Positions 16,302-22,420 of a DNA stretch of 31,078 bases are shown here, piece by piece. Source of the DNA: Candidatus Iainarchaeum sp. (GTDB taxonomy: Archaea; Iainarchaeota; Iainarchaeia; Iainarchaeales; GCA-2688035); contig JAQTNI010000011.1 of the NCBI GenBank assembly GCA_028713935.1, forward strand, positions 1 to 31,078. The letters are read 5' to 3'. Every line of letters begins with the position of its first letter. Position 1 is the stretch's first letter. Below the pieces are notes generated by a model. The model ran no database searches. It saw nothing but the letters and a program-made list of their open reading frames with translations, and was not told where the DNA came from. A program made the position numbers and the translations under genes.

Positions 16302-17162
16302 ATGCAAATTCCTACTGTAAAATTTAAGGCTGGAAATTCAATTCCCCTGCTTGGCCTTGGCACATGGCAATTAACAGGCAAAAAATGCATTGAAACAATC
16401 AAAATCGCCCTTGAAATCGGCTACACCCATATTGATACCGCTGAAATTTATGGAAATCAAAAAGAAATCCGCGAAGCAATAAAGGATTTTCCAAGGGAAA
16501 AGCTTTTTCTGACTTCAAAAGCCTGGATAAAAAACCTTGAATTTGAAAAAGCCATTAAAGCCTGCAAAAAAGCCCTTGCTGAACTTGGCACCAATTACCT
16601 TGATTTGTACCTTATCCACTGGCCAAACAAAAAAATTCCAATTGAAAATACGCTTAAAGCATTTGCCGAACTGCAAAAAAAAGGCCTTGCCAGATCCATT
16701 GGCGTAAGCAATTTTACAATCCCGCACCTGGAAGAAGCGCTGCCAAAAGCACAAGAGCTTGGCATTGAAATAGCAAACAACCAATGTGAATTTCACCCAT
16801 TGCTTTACCAAAAAAAATTATTAGATTACTGCAAGAACAAGGAAATTATTTTCACTGCCTATTCGCCTCTTGGAAGGGGCGGGATTCTGAAGAATCCGGT
16901 TATAAGAAACATTGCGGAAAAATACAAAAAAACCCCTGCCCAGATTTGCCTCAAATGGGTTTTGCAAAAAGGCGCAGTTGCAATTCCAAAAGCCTCTTCA
17001 CAATTGCATTTGCAGGAAAACCTGCCGGTTTTCAATTGGCAACTTTCAGGACAAGATGAAAAAGCAATTGATTTGCTCAACAAAAACCAGAGAATAATCG
17101 CGCCTTTTTTTGCGGAATTTGAAGGCAGTAAAGGCAGTTTTTTGGGAAACTTTTATAAATAA
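16302..17162 (+). CDS. Aldo/keto reductase (2,5-diketo-D-gluconate-reductase-like)
   Basis: LGLGTWQL opens the protein. The catalytic tetrad context is present: HIDTAEIYGN (Asp/Tyr), LTSKAW (Lys), LYLIHWP (His). The C-terminal region includes SPLGRG. The ATG at 16302 gives a canonical N-terminus. Confidence 0.9.
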   Translation: MQIPTVKFKAGNSIPLLGLGTWQLTGKKCIETIKIALEIGYTHIDTAEIYGNQKEIREAIKDFPREKLFLTSKAWIKNLEFEKAIKACKKALAELGTNYLDLYLIHWPNKKIPIENTLKAFAELQKKGLARSIGVSNFTIPHLEEALPKAQELGIEIANNQCEFHPLLYQKKLLDYCKNKEIIFTAYSPLGRGGILKNPVIRNIAEKYKKTPAQICLKWVLQKGAVAIPKASSQLHLQENLPVFNWQLSGQDEKAIDLLNKNQRIIAPFFAEFEGSKGSFLGNFYK

Positions 17163-17187
17163 TGCCTCTTTATTATTACTGGTTTTT

Positions 17188-17685
17188 ATGCCTCGCAGAA
17201 CAGGAAGAGTCAGGGTGAGAGTTGTGGGTCCAGCGCCCAATGCCAAAAGAACACTTTACATTGGCGAGGAGCGCAGAAAAAACATCAAAGAAAGGCGCAT
17301 TGTTCCTGAACGCAGGGCAATGCCAACTAATTTTTTGCAAAGCGTTGTTCTGGGCAGGAGGCGTGCAGGCATGTCTGATGCAGAAATTGCAAATGCAAGA
17401 AACCGTGATGGCAGAAGAGGCACTTTTCCTCATTCAAAAATAGAAAGCGCAATGCCTCACGAACTTGGGCTTCCTGTGCAGCAAACAACAAGGAGAGCTT
17501 CAACAACGAGAAGAATGGGCTTTGTTGGAAGAAAGGAAAACAGCGGAACCCACAAGCAAACTGAGATCGAATGGAAGCTTGGCTTAGACTCAACTGTTTT
17601 TGTTGCAAGACACAGGCACAAACAGGCAGAAGGCCCCACAGGAAGAAGAAGGCGTTCTTTTGGGCCTGTTGAAGACGACGCATAA
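17188..17685 (+). CDS. Orphan arginine-rich basic protein
   Basis: 165 aa from ATG 17188, the first ATG after the AKR stop. 30 of 165 residues are Arg, in clusters (MPRRTGRVRVRV, EERRKNIKERRIVPERR, GRRRAG, TTRRASTTRR, GRRRRS). I recognise no motif, and antisense ORFs in the region look like compositional artefacts. Confidence 0.45.
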   Translation: MPRRTGRVRVRVVGPAPNAKRTLYIGEERRKNIKERRIVPERRAMPTNFLQSVVLGRRRAGMSDAEIANARNRDGRRGTFPHSKIESAMPHELGLPVQQTTRRASTTRRMGFVGRKENSGTHKQTEIEWKLGLDSTVFVARHRHKQAEGPTGRRRRSFGPVEDDA

Positions 17686-17715
17686 GCTTATTCTGAAAAA
17701 AAGGCGCCTGAAAAA

Positions 17716-17734
17716 AAGTTTAACGCCCTGGCCG
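17716..17734. repeat. Direct repeat of the tRNA-Asp 3' end plus flank (att-like, distal copy)
   Basis: aagtttaaCGCCCTGGCCG matches aagattaagCGCCCTGGCCG at 18807-18826. The core is an 11-nt exact match, and 18 of 20 aligned columns are identical. Confidence 0.5.
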
Positions 17735-17976
17735 AAACAATATGCAATGAGTTCAAGTACCAAAGCAACCAATACAATTCCATTGCTGAGCAGGTTTTTT
17801 AAATCGTTGCGGCTGAAATTGGCTAGGCTTTCTGTATGGGCAATAGTAAGTAATTGCTGAAAAAGCGATAATCGTTATTTTTTTAATGGTTCGTATGCAT
17901 TATTATTTTAGAGTTGTATCTTTTAGGGGATCTTCTCGCATGGGAAGAAAAACACCTTAAAAGAGTTGAAGACTTA

Positions 17977-17997
17977 CCCGAAACCCACTGTTTCGGG
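17977..17997 (+). terminator. Perfect 8-bp stem-loop followed by a T-rich tract
   Basis: CCCGAAAC ccact GTTTCGGG is followed by aacattattttgtttgttg. It lies in otherwise non-coding DNA. Confidence 0.3.
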
Positions 17998-18034
17998 AAC
18001 ATTATTTTGTTTGTTGTGTAGTGTGTGATTTTGT

Positions 18035-18184
18035 ATGTATCCGCAAACTTGTGTTGTTGAAAGGCCTTATTCCAAGGAACAAATTACAGAGCTTAAGAAA
18101 CTTTTTTCTGTTCTTGAGAAGGCTCGTTATTCGAAGAGTGTTGAGGCTTACACCAAGAAGCTTATGGCTAGTCTCAAGGCTTAA
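18035..18184 (+). CDS. 49-aa helical small protein, convergent with the PIN gene and overlapping its 3' end
   Basis: My translation is MYPQTCVVERPYSKEQITELKKLFSVLEKARYSKSVEAYTKKLMASLKA*. GTGAT (Shine-Dalgarno-like) lies 6 nt upstream of the ATG, and an in-frame stop lies just upstream at 18026-18028. The ORF is not in the supplied track because it is under 60 aa. Confidence 0.4.
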   Translation: MYPQTCVVERPYSKEQITELKKLFSVLEKARYSKSVEAYTKKLMASLKA

Positions 18185-18699
18185 ACCAGTTCTTCTATTG
18201 AAATGAATTTTGGTGTTTCCAAGCAATTTTTGGCATTGACTTTTTCGTATGCTTGCATTGCAAGCTTTGATTTCATTGTTTTATCGTCTTCTGAAACAAC
18301 TATGTCTAACCTGTGGAGTGTTGCAACTGCCACAATAAGAAAGTCAGGGAATATTTTTCTTTTTGCTACTCCGCCAGAATATGATTTCCAATATTCTTCT
18401 GCCAGGGTTTCTGCAAGGCTTTCAACTGGATAAGTGTGGTCTTTTGTAAGCTGGTCATAAATTGAAAGCAATAATCCTCGGTAATTTTTTCCATCCACTG
18501 TGACGCTTTTTGGTATTTCTCGCAATTCATTTCTTATTACTCCGCAACCGTAAACTATGAGTTCGCCTGATTCGATTTTGTGCAAGATTTTGGAAAATTC
18601 TTTTTTGTACAAAATCTCGTAAGTATTGGTGTCAAGCATTGTTCTGGTTGGCTTTTTCATGCTATTTTCTGAAGATGAAAAATAATAAAAAAAGGTCAT
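18181..18699 (-). CDS. PIN-domain nuclease (VapC-like toxin)
   Basis: The acidic PIN residues are in context: TMLDTN, VIRNELRE, FPDFLIVAVA, IVVSEDD. An alternative start is Met14 at 18660. Confidence 0.75.
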   Translation of the reverse strand: MTFFYYFSSSENSMKKPTRTMLDTNTYEILYKKEFSKILHKIESGELIVYGCGVIRNELREIPKSVTVDGKNYRGLLLSIYDQLTKDHTYPVESLAETLAEEYWKSYSGGVAKRKIFPDFLIVAVATLHRLDIVVSEDDKTMKSKLAMQAYEKVNAKNCLETPKFISIEELV

Positions 18700-18815
18700 T
18701 TTATCCGCTTCCTTTCAATTTCAATTGTTTCAGAATTTCTTTTAATAGTTTGTTTTGTTCCGACAATAAGCGATTTGTTTCTGCGCCTGTTGCACTATAG
18801 AAATAGAAGATTAAG

Positions 18816-18887
18816 CGCCCTGGCCGGGAATCGGACCCGGGTCGCAGCCGTGACAGGGCCGCATCCTAACCGCTAGACTACCAGGGC
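18816..18887 (-). tRNA. tRNA-Asp: tRNA-Asp (anticodon GUC)
   Basis: I folded the reverse complement by hand: GCCCTGG ta GTCT agcggtta GGAT g CGGCC ctGTCac GGCTG cgac CCGGG tccgatt CCCGG CCAGGGC g. The acceptor stem is 7 bp, the anticodon stem 5 bp, the variable loop 4 nt and the discriminator G. No CCA is encoded. Confidence 0.85.
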
Positions 18888-18915
18888 AAATTGTTACCTA
18901 ATTAGGAATTGGGAA

Positions 18916-18925
18916 TTTTTTTAAA
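18916..18925 (-). promoter_or_regulatory. TATA-like box upstream of tRNA-Asp
   Basis: The minus strand reads TTTAAAAAAA, centred about 33 nt upstream of the mature tRNA 5' end. Confidence 0.35.
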
Positions 18926-18951
18926 TGAATGTTTTGGTATTGCAATTCAAA

Positions 18952-19046
18952 GCTTTTGCACAGCAAAAGCCTCTTTTCCCGAGGCTTTTCTCTTCAGAGA
19001 AAAGGCTCAAAAATAGAAAATTGAGAAAAGAGCTTTGACGCTCTTT
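18952..19046. other. Cluster of four mutually overlapping perfect hairpins (possible structured RNA or regulatory DNA)
   Basis: H1 is gcttttgc/gcaaaagc (18952-18970). H2 is aaaagcctc/gaggctttt (18965-18989). H3 is cttttctc/gagaaaag (18985-19004). H4 is aaagagc/gctcttt (19027-19046). H2 shares bases with both H1 and H3, and a second gagaaaag lies at 19023-19030. Confidence 0.4.
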
Positions 19047-19078
19047 CCCAACCACCTGTTTATTTTTGATTAAAAAAC

Positions 19079-19234
19079 TTATTTTCCGGCCAATTTTTTT
19101 CCTTTTACGTGTGCCCAGAGTTTTTTTGTCATTTCGCTTGGAGCGATGTTTCCTGTTCCGAAGACTTTTTCCATTGTGTCAGTGTCTCCCTTGAAGCAGA
19201 TTGAGTATCCTCCAAATGGTTTTTTTGCTGGCAT
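19079..19234 (-). CDS. 51-aa small basic protein with a SWIB/MDM2-like KKLWxxVK motif
   Basis: My translation is MPAKKPFGGYSICFKGDTDTMEKVFGTGNIAPSEMTKKLWAHVKGKKLAGK*. A strong GGAGGT lies 8 nt upstream of the ATG. A T6 run immediately after the stop resembles an archaeal oligo-T terminator. The gene is plausible, but the functional call is weak. Confidence 0.5.
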   Translation of the reverse strand: MPAKKPFGGYSICFKGDTDTMEKVFGTGNIAPSEMTKKLWAHVKGKKLAGK

Positions 19235-19322
19235 AAGTTATACCTCCATTTTTAATTTAAAAATTTTTTTTTATTTTTTTGATTAAACTTTTGAAAGCGA
19301 ATGAAATGAGCGCTTCAAAAGT

Positions 19323-19733
19323 TTATTGCATAATTTTTGCAATTATAATTCCTGCAATAACCATGTAAACCAAAGGTCCTATGAGGGAATTCAATGTGAA
19401 TCCTATTGGGTAATTCATGCTTGAAAAAACAATGAATGCCGATGGAATGCTTGAAACAAGCCAAGCAAGCAGGCCAAGGCTTAATCCCTGTGAAGTTGCT
19501 GTTCCGCTGAAAGCCTTTTTTGTTTTCTCAAAAAAGATTGCGACTACAAATGAAATTACGAACGGGTGCAAAAAGAAAAGCGCCATTATCGGGTCGTTTG
19601 CTGCACGCATTCCGCCAAGCGACAAGACATCAAAGCCAAAAGCCGCCTGAAAAAAATATGAAAATGCCATTGAAATAATCAAAATTGCAATTCCTGCCGC
19701 GATTCCCGCCAAAACAATTTTTACAATTCCCAT
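19323..19733 (-). CDS. Small polytopic membrane protein, unknown function
   Basis: About 136 aa from ATG 19733 with four hydrophobic helices. I recognise no motif. Confidence 0.6.
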   Translation of the reverse strand: MGIVKIVLAGIAAGIAILIISMAFSYFFQAAFGFDVLSLGGMRAANDPIMALFFLHPFVISFVVAIFFEKTKKAFSGTATSQGLSLGLLAWLVSSIPSAFIVFSSMNYPIGFTLNSLIGPLVYMVIAGIIIAKIMQ

Positions 19734-19790
19734 AACCCACACTTTTTTTTACGAGGTAAATTCCATTAATTAAATAAGATTTAATCCTTT

Positions 19791-21251
19791 TTATTCCTTT
19801 TGCTTTCCTTCTATTTTGAACAATTCCATAAAAGGCAGTGTTTTTGGCGGGTTTCTCCCAAAATCAGACAAAATTTGCTCGCCAATTGTTATTGCCCTGA
19901 ATCTTGCAATGTTTTTTGCGGCCACTTCAAACTTTGTCCTTTTTGTCTGCGAAACATGCTTTTTTATGGACTCATCTTTTTTTTCAAGAGTTTTGTTGCA
20001 GAATTCAACAATTGCATTAAACCCCTTGTGCGTGAACAGGCCCCATGGAGTTTCATAATCCCAAATTTCAGGTTTTTTCTTCAGCTTTTCAATTGCCTCA
20101 AGCGCCACTCTTCTTGCAAACCTGTGCGTTGGATGCGTGTCGCTTTCCTGGGGCAAAAAAACAATGTCAGGCCTTGTTTTGTTCAATGCCTGAAAAATCT
20201 TTTTTTTGTCCTTTACAAAGCTTTTTTCCCCCTCATCATAAAAACCAAGCTGCAAAAAAACAGGTTTTGTTTTCAGGATTTTTGCCTCCGCAATGCTTTC
20301 TCTCCGCCTGATTGCTGTTTTTTGCTCTTTGCTCTGGTTGTTTTTCACTGCCCTGTGCCCGGAAGTCATTACAAAAACAAGAACATTGTTGTGCCTTGCA
20401 AGCATTGAAAGGGTTGCTCCGGCCGCAATTGCACTGTCATCGGGGTGCGGGGAAATGAAAATTATTCTTTTTTTTTTAGGCAGGTTTTTTTCAGAAAAAA
20501 CAGTTGTGCCGTTATATTCAATTGACAATGCGCTTTCAAGCAAAAAAACAGCTTCTTCGTTGCAATAAATTTCCGCATTCCCGTGTTTTCCCAGTATTGA
20601 CGCTGGAACTTTTTCAGTTGCCTTTTCAAGCATTTTTTTTATTGCCCATGATTTTTTCTTTCCAATTGCCATCAAAATAATTTTTTTTGCTGCCATTATT
20701 GTTGCCAGGCCCATTGTAATCGCCTGAGTTGGAACGCCTTTCTTGGTTTTAAAAAATCGCGCATTGACCGCCCTTGTTGCATCCGCAAGCTTTACAATCC
20801 TTGTCCTTGAGGCAAAGCCCGAGCCCGGCTCGTTAAAGGCAATGTGCGCATTTTCCCCGATGCCGAGCAGTGCAATGTCAATGCCTCTTTTTTTTACAAG
20901 CGCTTCCCTTTCAAAAGCCTGTTTTTTCATGTCCTTTGCTTTTCCGTCAAACAAAAAAATGTTTTTTGAAGAAGCATTTATTTTATCCAAAAAATTTTTC
21001 CTCAAAAACCTTGCATATGACTGCGAATGCCCCTGAGCCAAGCCGGCATACTCGTCAAGATTCATGAAAATTGCTTTTGAAAAATCTATTTCCCCGTGCT
21101 CAAACTTTTCAACAAGCTCCTTATACAACCCAAGCGGAGTGCTTCCTGTTGGAAGGGCAATCACGCTTGACGGCTTTTTTTCCAGTGCCTTTGCTATCTG
21201 CGCAGCAATGCTCTTGAAAATCAATTCTTCAGAACAGACAAAAACATTCAT
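19791..21251 (-). CDS. nagB: Fusion protein: glucosamine-6-phosphate deaminase/isomerase (NagB-like) plus PIG-L/LmbE-family de-N-acetylase
   Basis: The N-terminal half carries ALPTGSTPLGLYKEL, MNLDEYAGL and LLGIGENAHIAFNEPGS. The C-terminal half carries the PIG-L signature IIFISPHPDDSAIAAGATL...VFVMTSGH. Confidence 0.85.
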   Translation of the reverse strand: MNVFVCSEELIFKSIAAQIAKALEKKPSSVIALPTGSTPLGLYKELVEKFEHGEIDFSKAIFMNLDEYAGLAQGHSQSYARFLRKNFLDKINASSKNIFLFDGKAKDMKKQAFEREALVKKRGIDIALLGIGENAHIAFNEPGSGFASRTRIVKLADATRAVNARFFKTKKGVPTQAITMGLATIMAAKKIILMAIGKKKSWAIKKMLEKATEKVPASILGKHGNAEIYCNEEAVFLLESALSIEYNGTTVFSEKNLPKKKRIIFISPHPDDSAIAAGATLSMLARHNNVLVFVMTSGHRAVKNNQSKEQKTAIRRRESIAEAKILKTKPVFLQLGFYDEGEKSFVKDKKKIFQALNKTRPDIVFLPQESDTHPTHRFARRVALEAIEKLKKKPEIWDYETPWGLFTHKGFNAIVEFCNKTLEKKDESIKKHVSQTKRTKFEVAAKNIARFRAITIGEQILSDFGRNPPKTLPFMELFKIEGKQKE

Positions 21252-21295
21252 GCAACCAGAGAAATTAGTGGTTAATTCTTAAAAAAGTTTTTGGT

Positions 21296-22396
21296 TCAAA
21301 GCGCGGGAGGCTTTTCAAACACAATTATGCTTTCCCTTACTGTTCCCACTTTTATTGTCCTGCAGCGCATGCAGTGGATTTGCCTTGCAACAATTTTTTG
21401 CACTAGCCTGAAGCCCAGTTTTTCCCCGATTTTTATGATTTCATCATCGCTTTCAACTGTTTCATAGGGAAAACAGCCCCCGCCAATTACAATAACCGCC
21501 TTTCCCCCGGATTTTAATGCAAAAAAAATGTTTTTCATTGCCTTTTCCATGTCTTCAAAATAAGCCTTTGCAATTAGGGGAAGGTTGGATTCATAATCCC
21601 TTCCTGTTGGGGCATCCGCAATGTGCGCCCGTAATTTTGTTTCCTGTGCATTGAAAAACAATCCTAATTCCATTTTGTAAACGCTTGTGTATTCAATTTT
21701 GTTCAGGTAAGGCGGAGAAGTAATGGCACAGCCCACTGAATTTTCTTCCAGCTTTGCTGTGCGTGCATCATCCTCAAAAATTTCAGGTTCAGGGCCTGTT
21801 TTTTGCGCCTGCTTCAAATCCAAAAGCATTTTTTTTATTTTGCCAAGAAGAAGTTTCTTTACAGGCATTTCCGGCTTTTTCTGTTTTCGCAGGGAGCCCC
21901 CGATTTTAATCACATTTGCAACCCTGCCTGTTGTGTCAATCAGGGCGAGCAAAAATAATTTGCGTGTGCGCGAATCAGTTATTTCATTTATTTTTTTGTA
22001 ATAAAAAAAAATGTCATCAAGGTTTTTTTCACGGAAAAGCCGCCTTATCTGCTTGTTTGAAAATTTTCCAATCTGCCTCGGCTCTAATTTTGAAAATTCT
22101 TCCAGTTGCTTTTCCAGTTCTTCAAGATTGTAATTCCTTGTTTTTGCTTCTGCTGCAAAAGCAGCAAGCGGGCTCGCATCAAGGCCAATGCTTTTCAATC
22201 CAAGGTTTTTTGCAGCAAGCAAAGTTGTTCCGACTCCGCAAAAAGGGTCCAGAATCGGCCCCTCCAATTTGAATTCTTCAACCAGCCATTCCACAAGCTT
22301 TTTTGCATAACCTTCTTTGTAATAAAACCAGTTATGGATTGGCTCTTCCTTGTTCGGGGTAAAAGTAACCAGTTCAGCCAGATTTGAAGGGATCAT
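21296..22396 (-). CDS. SAM-dependent DNA methyltransferase (N6-adenine or N4-cytosine type), orphan
   Basis: Motif I is ILDPFCGVGTTLLAA at about aa 50. Motif IV is ITSPPYLN at about aa 226, separated by a ~170-aa putative target-recognition region. No restriction or specificity gene is adjacent. Confidence 0.7.
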   Translation of the reverse strand: MIPSNLAELVTFTPNKEEPIHNWFYYKEGYAKKLVEWLVEEFKLEGPILDPFCGVGTTLLAAKNLGLKSIGLDASPLAAFAAEAKTRNYNLEELEKQLEEFSKLEPRQIGKFSNKQIRRLFREKNLDDIFFYYKKINEITDSRTRKLFLLALIDTTGRVANVIKIGGSLRKQKKPEMPVKKLLLGKIKKMLLDLKQAQKTGPEPEIFEDDARTAKLEENSVGCAITSPPYLNKIEYTSVYKMELGLFFNAQETKLRAHIADAPTGRDYESNLPLIAKAYFEDMEKAMKNIFFALKSGGKAVIVIGGGCFPYETVESDDEIIKIGEKLGFRLVQKIVARQIHCMRCRTIKVGTVRESIIVFEKPPAL

Positions 22397-22420
22397 AATT
22401 AAAAATTAGAATGAAATTCT

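Larger units (their letters stand above)
17735..18815. mobile_element. Candidate remnant of an integrated element (PIN module) inserted at tRNA-Asp
   Basis: The segment is bounded by the direct repeat 17716-17734 / 18807-18826, which includes the last 11 nt of the tRNA. It contains only a PIN gene, a 49-aa ORF and a hairpin. There is no integrase. It is GT-rich with fewer homopolymers than the flanks. Confidence 0.35.

Noticed and set aside
18002-18226. Track ORFs 18002-18226 (-) and 18021-18206 (+) lie in the region downstream of the PIN gene.
   Set aside because: Both give low-complexity Leu/Arg/Lys-rich translations. The third frame (18035-18184, +) has a ribosome-binding-like site and a plausible helical protein, so I preferred it.
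18700-18815. A helical peptide frame (...AETNRLLSEQNKLLKEILKQLKLKGSG*) ends right at the PIN gene start and could be a VapB-like antitoxin.
   Set aside because: The frame has no ATG or GTG start between the tRNA and the PIN gene. It stays open only by reading through the tRNA gene. At best it is a remnant, so I did not annotate it.
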